A DNA stretch of 64,000 bases from Candidatus Latescibacterota bacterium (GTDB lineage Bacteria; Latescibacterota; UBA2968; GCA-2709665). The notes beneath the pieces were generated by a model. That model was given only the letters and a program-made list of their open reading frames with translations. It did not search any database and was not told the origin of the DNA. Location of the stretch: assembly GCA_965208835.1 (NCBI GenBank), contig OZ242358.1:1280001-1344000 (forward strand). Reading direction: 5' to 3'. The position numbers and the translations under genes were made by a program. How positions within the stretch are numbered: position 1 is the stretch's first letter; the number at the start of each line of letters is the position of its first letter. This document shows, piece after piece, positions 36,595 through 46,476 of this stretch.

Positions 36595-37427
36595 TCGATG
36601 CCCATCTGCATATTGGACATATGGGCAGGAGTATCGAGAATACGATCGGGCATATCGACGGTATCGGGGCGGAGAAGGCTGTATTCCTTCCAATCGAGAC
36701 GGCCGACGGGGAGTACGAGTGGCTCACCGAAACGGTGGCCCAGGCTCATGAGCGGTACCCGGACAGGGTCATTCCCTTCTGCCACGTGGATGTGACTCGC
36801 GACGACGCGGTTGCGGAACTCGAACGACGCGCGGCAACGGGAGTGTTCAGGGGATACGGGGAACAGAAACAGCACCTGCCGTTGAACCATCCCGGTCTGG
36901 AGCGCGTGCTGGCCTTCTGCAACGAGATGCGCTGGCCCGTTACGTGGCATTTCCAGGAGGGGAGTCGGGGTTACAACCAGGGAATCGCGCATTTGGAAAC
37001 GCTCGTGCGCAAGTTCCGTGACATCAGGTTCATTGGGCACGCGCAGTCCTGGTGGTCCAATATCAGCGCTGAGGTGCCGCCGCCGGAGGAGACACTATAC
37101 CCGACTGGGCCGGTGGTTCCGGGCGGACTGGCGGACCGACTGCTGTCCGATTACGAGAATGTATACGCGGACCTTTCAGCGGGGTCGGGACTGGGGGCCA
37201 TCACCCGGGACGAGGCGTTCGGCAGGGACTTTCTGAAGCGCCACCGGCGGAAACTGCTGTTCGCCACGGATTGCCCGTGTGTGGATGGGCGGGGAACCGA
37301 CTATCCGCCGGGATGTTTTGCGGCGAAGAGTCTGCCTCTCCTGAGACGGATGGTGGACGATCCCGAGGCATTGGAGGACATTCTGCACCGGAACGCGGTG
37401 CGCGTGATTGGGCTGGAAGGGAATTGA
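36591..37427 (+). CDS. Amidohydrolase (Amidohydro_2 family)
   Basis: IDAHLH, YGEQK, FIGHA, YADLSAGSG, LFATD, NAVR. Confidence 0.85.
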   Translation: MIDAHLHIGHMGRSIENTIGHIDGIGAEKAVFLPIETADGEYEWLTETVAQAHERYPDRVIPFCHVDVTRDDAVAELERRAATGVFRGYGEQKQHLPLNHPGLERVLAFCNEMRWPVTWHFQEGSRGYNQGIAHLETLVRKFRDIRFIGHAQSWWSNISAEVPPPEETLYPTGPVVPGGLADRLLSDYENVYADLSAGSGLGAITRDEAFGRDFLKRHRRKLLFATDCPCVDGRGTDYPPGCFAAKSLPLLRRMVDDPEALEDILHRNAVRVIGLEGN

Positions 37428-37727
37428 ACAACAGAAGCCCGATGTCTTTCGCATCAACAGAAGGTCATTTCCCAGATATGCAATTGGTAGGAAAAACCCT
37501 TGTGGTTGGCTTGATTTTGGCTGATTGCTGTTCGCACTCGAATTGTTAAACGGTTGACTAACGCGTTGCCTGTCGCGAACACTACCAGAGCAGAGCGCGT
37601 GGTTCCGTTCTGCGCCGGAGACCGGTTGTAATCCGATGCTGGTAGGGCAAAGAATCGTGTGCGTCCGGTGAGGCGATTCGCGCTGTGCCTGTGGCAGGCC
37701 CGGCGCCCAGCGGCGACAATTCTAAAG

Positions 37728-37858
37728 GCGGTGAGAAGGTAGAGGGAAGCCGGTAGAGGAAGTCCTTGCCCGATATTTTAATCTTTCTTGCCTCTGGCAC
37801 GAGAAGAAACCTCGCAAGGCAGGCAATCTCTACCCTCTCCCGTCTTCCGTCTCCCCGC
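37728..37858 (+). repeat. Heptamer-armed element, copy C4 (131 bp)
   Basis: GC GGTGAGA AGGTAGA GGGAAGC CGGTAGA + 71-bp core + TCTACCC TCTCCCG TCTTCCG TCTCCCC GC. Confidence 0.92.
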
Positions 37859-37988
37859 TCTTAAGGAACTCGCCGAAGGCAGGGAATTTGGGGAGAGGTT
37901 TTGTGTTTGGAGTAAGTCATCCCTTCATTCTCTATAATTCGCCTTTCGTTTCTGTGTAAATTGACATCGCGGGAGTGTAAGGTTCGGG

Positions 37989-39440
37989 ATGTCCATTTCA
38001 ATTAAAGATGCTGCCTTGAACGTCCTGAATATGAGAGCGCGGATGCCCTTCCGATATGGGATCGCGTCTCTCGTCGCCGTGCCCCATCTGTTCGTCCGGG
38101 TGACCGCGGAGATCGACGGACGCCGCGAGGTGGGACTCGCCGCGGATGGGCTCCCGCCCAAGTGGTTTACGAAGAACCCCGAGGCGTCATTCGAAGACGA
38201 CCTCGAGGAAATGCTGACGGTCATCCGGCAGGCGTGCCGGCTGGCTCTGGCGGCGGGCCCGGCGGAGTCCGTCTATGGTCTCTGGCGGGAAACCTACAAC
38301 GGTCAGAAGGAATGGGCTGCAGCCACACCGTACCCGCCATTGCTGTGGGGTTTCGGCGTGAGCCTGGTCGAGCGCGCTCTAATCGACGCGTTTTGCCGGA
38401 ACACCGGGGCAAGGTTCGAAAGTGCATTACGTGAAAATGCTTTCGGCATTCGGCTGGGAGAGATTTGCCGCGAACTTGGCGGGGAGGAACCCCGGGCGTT
38501 GCTGCCCGAAAGAGCGAGCAGGTCGATTGTGGCGCGCCATACCGTGGGGTTGACCGACCCCCTGACAGACGCGGACATCCCGACGGACGAACGCGTGGAC
38601 GACGGCCTTCCGCAATCTCTCGAAGCCAGTATAAAGACGTACGGTCTGTCGCATTTGAAAATCAAGCTGTGCGGCGATTCGGACCAGGACGCGGAACGGC
38701 TGAAGGACATCGCCACATTGATGGAACGACATTCCGGAACTGACTACGCGTTTACGCTGGACGGTAACGAGCAATATACCGAAATCGACCCGTTCCGCGC
38801 GTTGTGGGATTCGATTGCGTCGGACCCGTCGCTCGACGCGTTCATGCGACGGCTGCTGTTTGTCGAGCAGCCGCTGAGGCGGGATGTTGCCCTGGGCGCG
38901 GCAGCGGGTCGGGCGATGCGCGACTGGCCAGGCCGTCCGCCGATGATTATCGACGAGTCCGACGGGACGCTGACCAGCGCGGCGGAAGCGCTGGAACTGG
39001 GATACGCGGGAACCAGCCACAAGAATTGCAAGGGGATCTTCAAGGGCGTCGCCAGCGCCTGCCTCATCGCGGACAGACGGAAGAAGGACCCCGGCCGGAG
39101 ATTCGTTCTGAGCAGCGAGGACCTGGGGAACGTCGGCCCCGTCGCGCTGCTGCAGGATCTGGCGGTGGCCGCGTGCCTGGGCGTGGGTCATACCGAGCGC
39201 AACGGTCATCACTATTTCACGGGGTTGAGCATGTATCCCCCGGACATACAGGAGCAGGTCCTCCGGAATCACGGCGGGCTCTACCGCCGTCACGACGCCG
39301 GGTTTCCGACGCTGGACGTTCGGGGCGGCCGGCTGGATATCGGCAGCGTCGTCGCTGCGCCATTCGGTTACGGGTTCGAGCTGGACACCACGCGCTTTAC
39401 CCCGCTGGAAGACTGGTCGGCGGGATCTCTGGATCTTTGA
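37989..39440 (+). CDS. Uncharacterised enolase-superfamily protein
   Basis: KIKL, LDGNEQY, FVEQP, IIDESD metal-ligand pattern; SHKNCKG. Confidence 0.7.
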   Translation: MSISIKDAALNVLNMRARMPFRYGIASLVAVPHLFVRVTAEIDGRREVGLAADGLPPKWFTKNPEASFEDDLEEMLTVIRQACRLALAAGPAESVYGLWRETYNGQKEWAAATPYPPLLWGFGVSLVERALIDAFCRNTGARFESALRENAFGIRLGEICRELGGEEPRALLPERASRSIVARHTVGLTDPLTDADIPTDERVDDGLPQSLEASIKTYGLSHLKIKLCGDSDQDAERLKDIATLMERHSGTDYAFTLDGNEQYTEIDPFRALWDSIASDPSLDAFMRRLLFVEQPLRRDVALGAAAGRAMRDWPGRPPMIIDESDGTLTSAAEALELGYAGTSHKNCKGIFKGVASACLIADRRKKDPGRRFVLSSEDLGNVGPVALLQDLAVAACLGVGHTERNGHHYFTGLSMYPPDIQEQVLRNHGGLYRRHDAGFPTLDVRGGRLDIGSVVAAPFGYGFELDTTRFTPLEDWSAGSLDL

Positions 39441-39549
39441 GGATCTTCTGGTGAAATGTGTCGCTTGTTCCTCCGGCCGCCGCGGGATGAAGCGCGTTCA
39501 GCAACCCGGGTTGCAGTGAAGAAGATTCCAGGTTTCTCGGGAGGCAGGT

Positions 39550-40890
39550 TTGGGACAGATCGACTGGAATGCGGTCCGGGACGAGGTGACGGGATACCTT
39601 CAGGATCTGATCCGCCTGGACACGACCAATCCACCGGGAAACGAGATACTCGCCGCGAAGTACCTCGCCGGCGTGTTGCGGCGCGAAGGGTTCGATCCCC
39701 GGGTGACCGAATCGAAGCCGGGGCGGGGAAACGTGACGGCCCGGCTTTCCGCTGGTGGCGAACCGCTGGTGTTGCTGGGGCATACGGACGTGGTCGCGGT
39801 GGAACCCGACCGGTGGCGTCATCCGCCGTTCGGGGGACAGGTGCGCGACGGGTACGTCTGGGGCCGCGGCGCGCTGGATATGAAAAACATGGTCGCGGCG
39901 GAGTTGATGGTGTTTCTGTTGTTGAAGCGGCAACGGATCGATCTGAAGCGTGACGTGATATTCGCGGCCACGGCGGATGAAGAGGCGGGCAAGGGAGACC
40001 ACGGTGTCGGCTGGCTGCTGGACAACCATCCGGAGCAGGTCGACGCGCCGTTTGTGCTGACGGAGGGCGGCGGCGCGGAATTCCGGGTGGGCGATGCCCG
40101 GTTCTATACCTGCCAGACCGGACAGAAGGGTATCTGCAGATTCCGAATGGCGGCCGGCGGTCAGCCCGGACACGGCTCCAGGCCGCACCGGGAAAACGCG
40201 GTGGTGAGGTTGTCGGAAGCGGTCGCCGCCCTGGGGCAGGCCGAGTTGCCTATGCATCCCTCGGAGACGGTCCGGGCGTATCTCGAGAGGATCGCCGAAA
40301 CCCAGGATGCCCGCACCGCGGACAGGCTGCGTCGTGTCCTGGAGCCCGCACACAGCGAGGCGGCGCTCGAATCGCTTCCGCTGGCGCCTGAATTCGTGTC
40401 GAACCTGCGGGCTTCGCTGCGAAATACCGCTTCCGTGACCATGCTGGATGCCGGACAGAAGATCAACGTGATTCCCGCCGAGGCCACAGCGTGGGTCGAC
40501 GGCAGACTGGCGCCCGGACAGACAGAAGCAAGTTTCTTCGAAGAGATCCGACCGCTCATCGGAGACGACGTCCGTATCGAAGTAGACCAGTACAGCCCCC
40601 CTCTGGAGGCCGGGATCGACTCGCCGTTGTACCGGACAATCGTGGAGGTGATGGCGGATCACGATCCGGGGGCGCACGTCGTGCCGTCGCAATCCACGGG
40701 GGGAACGGATGCCAAACACATCTGTCCGCGAAGGCCGTCGACGCAGGTGTACGGGTTCATGCCCTATCGGGGAGCCCCCGGAGAAGAGGAGTGGCAGCTG
40801 ATTCACGGGCACGACGAACGCACATCCGTAGAGAATCTGGCTCTCGCCACCCGGGTGCTATTCGATATCGTCTGTCGCTTCTGCGGCTAA
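39550..40890 (+). CDS. M20/M25/M40-family metallo-hydrolase
   Basis: GHTDVV, GRGALDMK, ADEE, GHGS, GGTD, IHGHDE. Confidence 0.92.
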   Translation: MGQIDWNAVRDEVTGYLQDLIRLDTTNPPGNEILAAKYLAGVLRREGFDPRVTESKPGRGNVTARLSAGGEPLVLLGHTDVVAVEPDRWRHPPFGGQVRDGYVWGRGALDMKNMVAAELMVFLLLKRQRIDLKRDVIFAATADEEAGKGDHGVGWLLDNHPEQVDAPFVLTEGGGAEFRVGDARFYTCQTGQKGICRFRMAAGGQPGHGSRPHRENAVVRLSEAVAALGQAELPMHPSETVRAYLERIAETQDARTADRLRRVLEPAHSEAALESLPLAPEFVSNLRASLRNTASVTMLDAGQKINVIPAEATAWVDGRLAPGQTEASFFEEIRPLIGDDVRIEVDQYSPPLEAGIDSPLYRTIVEVMADHDPGAHVVPSQSTGGTDAKHICPRRPSTQVYGFMPYRGAPGEEEWQLIHGHDERTSVENLALATRVLFDIVCRFCG

Positions 40891-40936
40891 TACTCGTCGA
40901 AGCCCGTTTCGGCGGAAACCGATCGGAGGGATTCAG

Positions 40937-41911
40937 ATGCGGGTGCTGGTCACGGACTTTGCGTGGGCCGACCTCAGTGTGGAACAGGGCGTCCTGGAGG
41001 GGATCGGGGTCGAACTTGTGCCCGCGCCGGATGGCAACGAAGAGACGCTGGCGCGGCTTGCCGTCGGCGCAAGCGGCATCATGACCTGCTGGGCCCAGAC
41101 CACGCGATGGGTCATCGAGGCCGCGCTGCCGGATCTGAAGGTGGTCACGCGATACGGCGTGGGGTTGGACAATATAGATGTGGCCTGCGCAACCGCCCGG
41201 AAGATTCCCGTGGCGTACGTGCCGGACTATTGTATGTCGGACGTGGCGGAACACGCGATGGCGCTGTTGCTGGCGCTGTCTAGGAAGGTGGCGGGTTTTG
41301 ACCGCTCGGTTCGGGGGGATGTATGGGATATACAGGCCTGCCTGCCCCTGAATCGCCTGACCGGGCAAACGCTTGGGCTAATCGGTTTCGGCCGTATCGC
41401 ACGGGAGGTCGCGGTCCGCGCAGCGCCGTTCGGACTTCGCGTTCTGACAACGGCGCCGTCGCTGCCGCCGGGCACCACGGCGCCAGGCGGCGTCGAGGTC
41501 GTAACGCTGGATGTCTTGCTGGACACGTCGGACTACGTTTCGGTCCACTGTCCCTCCACGGATGCGACGCGGGGACTTATCGACACGAATGCCCTTCGCA
41601 GGATGAAACCCACGGCCTGCCTGATCAATACGTCGCGAGGCGATATCGTGGACGAGACCGCGCTGGCCGATGCGCTGGATGCGGGCGAGATCGCGGGGGC
41701 CGCCCTGGATGTCCGTGTCGAGGAGCCGCCGGGCGAGGGTGACCGGCTTATCGGGATGCCCCAGGTGATCCATACGCCCCATGCGGCGTTTTATTCGGCG
41801 GAGTCCCTGATCGAACTCCGGGAACGCGCCGCTATGGAGACCCGCAGGGTGCTGCAGGGAGAAGAACCCGAAAACCTGGTGAATCCGGAATACCGGCGGG
41901 CGGGAGGGTGA
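40937..41911 (+). CDS. D-2-hydroxyacid dehydrogenase (CtBP/PGDH-like)
   Basis: RYGVGLDNID, VPDYC, GLIGFGRIA, INTSRG, TPHAAFYS. Confidence 0.9.
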   Translation: MRVLVTDFAWADLSVEQGVLEGIGVELVPAPDGNEETLARLAVGASGIMTCWAQTTRWVIEAALPDLKVVTRYGVGLDNIDVACATARKIPVAYVPDYCMSDVAEHAMALLLALSRKVAGFDRSVRGDVWDIQACLPLNRLTGQTLGLIGFGRIAREVAVRAAPFGLRVLTTAPSLPPGTTAPGGVEVVTLDVLLDTSDYVSVHCPSTDATRGLIDTNALRRMKPTACLINTSRGDIVDETALADALDAGEIAGAALDVRVEEPPGEGDRLIGMPQVIHTPHAAFYSAESLIELRERAAMETRRVLQGEEPENLVNPEYRRAGG

Positions 41912-41915
41912 CGTG

Positions 41916-43283
41916 ATGTCCGAAAGACCCAATATACTGGTACTTATGTGCGACCAGCTGCGGCGCGACGCCCTGTCGATTCACGGCGACGTGAACCTGA
42001 AGACGCCGCATATCGACGGACTTGCGACGCGGGGCGTCAGATTCTCGAACGCCTGTTCGACCTATCCGATCTGCGTGCCGTTCCGATTCACGTTCATGAC
42101 GGGAGAGTACGCTCACAGCCGGAAGGTCCCCGGTATCGAGTACCGGATGTCACCCACGGAATACACGTTGGCCGATGCGTTCAACGAGGCGGGGTACGAA
42201 ACGGTATACGTGGGAAAGTGGCACCTGGACGGCGGTCACGGAAGAATGGGCTCCGCGCTCGAGTGCGGGCGTACGCCGGTGCCCCGGGCGTACCAGGGCC
42301 GGTGGGAGAAGTGGTTCGGATTCGAACTCAGAAACGCGCCCTTCGACACGTACTATTTCGAGGACGACGACCCGACGCCGCGGCCCGTTGAAGGCTATCA
42401 GACCGACGGATTGTACGATATCGGAATGAACTACCTTGCATCGGAGCGGGATTCGACGAGGCCCTTCTGTATGGTCATTTCGGTCGAGCCGCCGCACGAC
42501 CCGTTCGAAGCGCCGCCCGATATTCAGGCGGCATGGGAAGCCCGGGAGATTGAACTGCCACCCAATTTCGAGGCGTCCGACGCGGCGCGTTCCGAGGCAT
42601 TTTTGCTGGATCGCAAGCGCTATTACGCGATGGTGGAGAATCTGGATGGCAACGTCAAGCGGATGATGGACTTTCTGGAGGCGCAGGGCCTGGCGGAGAA
42701 TACCGTTGTGATGTTTGTCTCGGACCACGGCGAACTGGGCGGCAGCCACGGTCTGAAAGGGAAGCAGTGGCCGTACGAGGAGTCCGTGGGCATTCCCGCG
42801 ATAATCTTCGACCCCCGTTTTTCAGGTCGTGCGGGTGCCGCCATCGAGGATCCGATCTGCACGGAGGATTTTTTCCCGACGCTGCTGGGTCTGGCAGGGT
42901 TGACCCCCGGCGAACATCTGCCGGGCACGGACCTGTCTCCTCTGATTCGCGGAGAGATTGACTCGCTGGATCGGGAAGGCGTACTGCTGGAGTTTGTGGC
43001 GGAACTCCGAAAGGGAATGGCGTTCAACAGGTGGGTGTGGCGCGGGTTTCGCAGCAGGCGGTACAAGTATATCGTCCGTGGAGACAAAATGGGCGCGGGC
43101 GCGTGGCAGTTCTTCGATCTTGAAGCCGATCCGTACGAGCGGAGGAACCTGATCGATCACCCCGACTTCCAGGATGAAATCGCCCGGCACCACAGGCTTC
43201 TCAGGGAACGGCTGCTCGAGACCGGCGACCACTTTGTATTGCTGCCGGCGTTCGGTTGCGAGGGCGTGAACATGTGGCAATAG
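41916..43283 (+). CDS. Sulfatase (Cys-type)
   Basis: PNIL..MCDQLR, CVPFR (CxPxR), GKWHL, PPHDP, SDHGE, KQWPYEES. Confidence 0.92.
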   Translation: MSERPNILVLMCDQLRRDALSIHGDVNLKTPHIDGLATRGVRFSNACSTYPICVPFRFTFMTGEYAHSRKVPGIEYRMSPTEYTLADAFNEAGYETVYVGKWHLDGGHGRMGSALECGRTPVPRAYQGRWEKWFGFELRNAPFDTYYFEDDDPTPRPVEGYQTDGLYDIGMNYLASERDSTRPFCMVISVEPPHDPFEAPPDIQAAWEAREIELPPNFEASDAARSEAFLLDRKRYYAMVENLDGNVKRMMDFLEAQGLAENTVVMFVSDHGELGGSHGLKGKQWPYEESVGIPAIIFDPRFSGRAGAAIEDPICTEDFFPTLLGLAGLTPGEHLPGTDLSPLIRGEIDSLDREGVLLEFVAELRKGMAFNRWVWRGFRSRRYKYIVRGDKMGAGAWQFFDLEADPYERRNLIDHPDFQDEIARHHRLLRERLLETGDHFVLLPAFGCEGVNMWQ

Positions 43284-43322
43284 TGTTTGGAACCGAAACC
43301 CCGGTTTGTCCGGCTGGATGAA

Positions 43323-44363
43323 TTAATCGTCCTGGAACCAGGCGCGAAAGGTGGGCTCGTATGGGGGTTGGGCCACGCCCTTCTCGGTGACGATGGCCGT
43401 GACCAGCCGTGCGGGCGTGACGTCGAAGGCCGGATTGTAGACATTGACGCCTCCCGGCGCGGTCTGTCTGCCCATGCCGCGGGTGACTTCTTCCGGTTTG
43501 CGTTCTTCGATGGGAATTTCCTCGCCGCGGGGCAGGGACATGTCGATGGTGGAGAGCGGGGCGGCGACGTAGAGGGGCACGTCGTGCTCCCGTGCCAGAA
43601 TGGCCAGTCCGTAGGTGCCGATCTTGTTGGCCACATCGCCGTTGGCGGCAATGCGGTCGGCGCCTACGATGACGCTGTCGATGTTCTTCTGACGCAGGAC
43701 CGACGCCGCCATACTGTCGCAGATCACCGTGACGTCGACGCCGCTCTGACGGAGTTCCCACGCCGTGAGCCGCGAACCCTGCAGCAGGGGGCGGGTTTCA
43801 TCGGCAAAAACCGCGACCTGTTTTCCGGCTTCAACCGCCGCGTAGATCACGGCCAGCGCCGTGCCGTAATCCGCGGTGGCCAGGGCGCCCGCGTTGCAGT
43901 GGGTGAGTACGGTGGCGCTGTGATTGAGCAGTTCTGCGCCGTTCTTTCCTATCTGCCTGCAGACCTTCCTGTCTTCCTCGAATATCTCCTGCGCTTCCTC
44001 CAGCAGCCGGTCCCGGATCTGAATGGGATGTTGATCGGCGACTTCGCTGAGCCGCCTGCCCATCCGGTCCAGCGCCCAGAAGAGATTCACGGCGGTGGGT
44101 CGGGTGCGAGCCAGTCTCTCAATTGCCTTCCTTGTCCCTGATACGACATCAGACCCGGCGTTCAGGGCCTCCCGCGCGCCGATGACAACACCGTACGCCG
44201 CGGCCACGCCGATCGCCGGAGCGCCCCGGACCCTGAGGCTTTCGATGGCTTCGGCAACGGTTTCCACGTCTCCGCAGTCGATCCGGACGTATCGTTCGGG
44301 CAGAACGGTCTGATCGATCAGACGGAGGGTATCATCTACCCAGGCGATGGTTGGAACAGGCAT
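43323..44363 (-). CDS. mtnA: S-methyl-5-thioribose-1-phosphate isomerase
   Basis: VRGAPAIG, TRPTAVNL, LTHCNAGALAT, DETRPLLQGSRLTAWEL, GADRIAANGDVANKIGTY; start MPVPTI at 44363. Confidence 0.95.
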   Translation of the reverse strand: MPVPTIAWVDDTLRLIDQTVLPERYVRIDCGDVETVAEAIESLRVRGAPAIGVAAAYGVVIGAREALNAGSDVVSGTRKAIERLARTRPTAVNLFWALDRMGRRLSEVADQHPIQIRDRLLEEAQEIFEEDRKVCRQIGKNGAELLNHSATVLTHCNAGALATADYGTALAVIYAAVEAGKQVAVFADETRPLLQGSRLTAWELRQSGVDVTVICDSMAASVLRQKNIDSVIVGADRIAANGDVANKIGTYGLAILAREHDVPLYVAAPLSTIDMSLPRGEEIPIEERKPEEVTRGMGRQTAPGGVNVYNPAFDVTPARLVTAIVTEKGVAQPPYEPTFRAWFQDD

Positions 44364-44370
44364 CGGTCGT

Positions 44371-44536
44371 AGTGAGTAGCGAGGAGCGAGGTAAGAGGAG
44401 TGAGGAGTGAGAAGCGAGGAGTGAGGAAAGAGGAGTGAGGAGTGAGAGAAACCCACTTCTCTCCACTCTCTCCTCGCCTCTCTCTCTTTTCTCACTTCTC
44501 TCCACTCTCTCCTCGCCTTTCTTCACTCTCTCCTCT
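44371..44536. repeat. GAG-heptamer purine/pyrimidine element, copy D2
   Basis: About 11 GAGNNNN units, then a CTC arm; the minus strand shares GAAGAAAG(G/T)CGAGGAGAGAGTGGAGAGAAGTGAGAAAAGAG with D1. Confidence 0.85.
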
Positions 44537-44561
44537 ATTCTGTTACCGCGACGCAAGGTCG

Positions 44562-44963
44562 TCAGGAAAGTTCCGCGGGACGTTCAACGGAGGATGCTTC
44601 GGCGAGTGAGGGGTCTTCTTCGATCTGTTCCGATGGGGCGTCGCCCCACAGGCGTTCGAGGCGATAGAACGCCCGCGCCCTGGGCTGGAAGATGTGCACG
44701 ACCACGTCGATGTAGTCAAACAGAACCCAGGTACGCGATTCCTGTCCCTCGATATGCCACGGACGGTAGCCCGCCGCTTTCGTGCCTTCCTGAAGCGCGT
44801 CCGCCAGGGCTTTGACGTGCACGCCCGAATTGCCGGTACAGATGATAAAATAGTCGGCGACATCGGAGACCGTGCGCAAATCGATCAGAAGAAGGTCTTC
44901 GCCCTTTCGGGACTGAAGGCATTCGATGCAGAGGTCCAGCATTTCACGTATCTGATTGGACAA
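44562..44963 (-). CDS. rsfS: Ribosome silencing factor
   Basis: KGEDLLLIDLR...ADYFIICTG, WVLFDYIDVVVHIF...RAFYRLERLWGDAP; start could be the ATG near 44942. Confidence 0.93.
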   Translation of the reverse strand: MSNQIREMLDLCIECLQSRKGEDLLLIDLRTVSDVADYFIICTGNSGVHVKALADALQEGTKAAGYRPWHIEGQESRTWVLFDYIDVVVHIFQPRARAFYRLERLWGDAPSEQIEEDPSLAEASSVERPAELS

Positions 44964-45007
44964 TTCGGTTCCGTTCCGTGACAGGACGACTGCTGTTGCG
45001 TTCGCGG

Positions 45008-45541
45008 CTATCGTCGCGGCCGGTCCGGGGGCAAGATACCCAGGCGTTCGTAATCCCTGCCTATAATGACCGCAACCTGCTCGATGCGATACGGGTCATG
45101 TACGATTTGTTGAATGTGCGTCCGAAGTCCCATCGCACCGGCCACCGTGCGGGCGTTTTCAAGCTTGCCGGCCCGGTCGATCACGATGGTTTCGGGATAG
45201 TTGAAGCTATCGGCATTTTTCCACGACATGACGTCGAAACCCGCTTCCCGCAGGTAACGCCCAACCTTTTCCGCGACCCCGGCAACGCCGCATCCGTTGA
45301 GTACTTCGATCCGGATCGCCTGAATCGTATCCGGCATGGTATTCGAGGAAAGTTCCCGTTTCGGCACGGGGAGAGATTCCGGGATCGGTACGGCGAGAGA
45401 TTCCGGCTTCGGCGCGGCGAAGGGTTCAGGATCTGATATGGCTGAAGGGGGTTCCGACGGCAGCCGTCGATGGATGTCGAAGACGGCAAACCCTGCAAAG
45501 GTCAACGCCCCCACAGCAAGCAGGATGATCTTCCGTGACAT
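45008..45541 (-). CDS. LytR C-terminal domain membrane protein
   Basis: N-terminal TM helix, Pro-rich linker, 'IEVLNGCGVAGVA', 'NADSFNY.ET', 'VIIGRDY'. Confidence 0.85.
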   Translation of the reverse strand: MSRKIILLAVGALTFAGFAVFDIHRRLPSEPPSAISDPEPFAAPKPESLAVPIPESLPVPKRELSSNTMPDTIQAIRIEVLNGCGVAGVAEKVGRYLREAGFDVMSWKNADSFNYPETIVIDRAGKLENARTVAGAMGLRTHIQQIVHDPYRIEQVAVIIGRDYERLGILPPDRPRR

Positions 45542-45548
45542 CTGCTAT

Positions 45549-45647
45549 CAGTCCGTTGATAAAGTCGCTCTGCAGGCGAGTCCGAGCAACGCAGTATTTC
45601 GACCGCAAGGGCCGGCCGCAGCCCGGATGGACTTTTGCAACGGGCTG
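45549..45647 (-). mobile_element. MITE family A, copy A2 (99 bp, internal deletion)
   Basis: Both TIRs present; flanks CTAT/CTGT; lacks about 60 bp of the central core of A1. Confidence 0.85.
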
Positions 45648-45729
45648 CTGTGCCCCAAAAACGGAACGGGACACCGCCCGGCACGCCCGGACGCATGTCC
45701 CGTAAGAAAGAGTGACCCGGAGACGATTT

Positions 45730-46212
45730 TCAATGCCGAAATCGGCTGCCGGATCGATAATAGGGCGAATTGCTCAATTGGATTTCAATCTGGATGTTTT
45801 CCCTGGGCTGGTAGAACATGCCCACGTAGGGAATGACGAGCCTCGTGTTGTTACTGTTACCCAGCCCCGATCCGAAGGTGAAGCTGCCCTGGAGAACGTG
45901 TTCGAGGCCGACCTGCGCCTCGAACAGGAGGGGCTTCTTTGTATTCGCGCGGTAACTGATGGTATTCAGATAGTACTGGCTTGCGCCGCCGAAGGCGCCG
46001 GAGCGGAAGTTGAATCCGACCGTGTTCCTGAACGAAAGCCTGTCTGAGTCGAACAGACCCTTGAACTTCTCACCGAGTCCAAGAGGTTTGGGCGAAAAAT
46101 CGATTGTTTTCAGTGCGGGAAGTTTCGCCGGCTGAGGTTGGAGTAGCGGTTCAGCAGACGCCGAAGAGACTGCGAAAAACGAAATGGCCAGCATAATCAC
46201 AAGCATTTTCAT
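45730..46212 (-). CDS. Secreted hypothetical protein (beta-strand rich)
   Basis: AGGAGG SD, signal peptide MKMLVIMLAISFFAVSSASA; 'YLNTISYR', 'YQPRENIQIEIQ'. Confidence 0.7.
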   Translation of the reverse strand: MKMLVIMLAISFFAVSSASAEPLLQPQPAKLPALKTIDFSPKPLGLGEKFKGLFDSDRLSFRNTVGFNFRSGAFGGASQYYLNTISYRANTKKPLLFEAQVGLEHVLQGSFTFGSGLGNSNNTRLVIPYVGMFYQPRENIQIEIQLSNSPYYRSGSRFRH

Positions 46213-46267
46213 CTGGTCTTCCTCCTGCATTCCCGGCATGTTACGCCGCATTCAATAAACGTGACAA

Positions 46268-46296
46268 AGAATACGATAATAAAAATGGCTTGTCAA
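46268..46296 (-). promoter_or_regulatory. Sigma70-type promoter for the hypothetical-LytR_C-rsfS-mtnA run
   Basis: TTGACA-17-TATTCT. Confidence 0.7.
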
Positions 46297-46476
46297 GGGC
46301 TATTGGCTTCAATCGCCATACTACCTGTTGGACGTTTGAGACGTGAAAAGCGTTCCATAAAGCCTCTGGCGTTGTTGCCGCGCGGCTGGCAGGCTCTGAT
46401 TCTCGGGTGCCGCTTTGGTCCTTATACACCAAACATTGTCGTATGGACTCCCGTTCAAACGTCCCCGGACGGACAT

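Noticed and set aside
44364-44495. N-terminal extension of MtnA (HSSLLFPHSSLLTPHSS)
   Set aside because: Translation of repeat D2; homology starts at MPVPTI (44363). Extensions at 20525-20761 (MITE A1), 53437-53514 (REP) and 5735-6043 were trimmed similarly.
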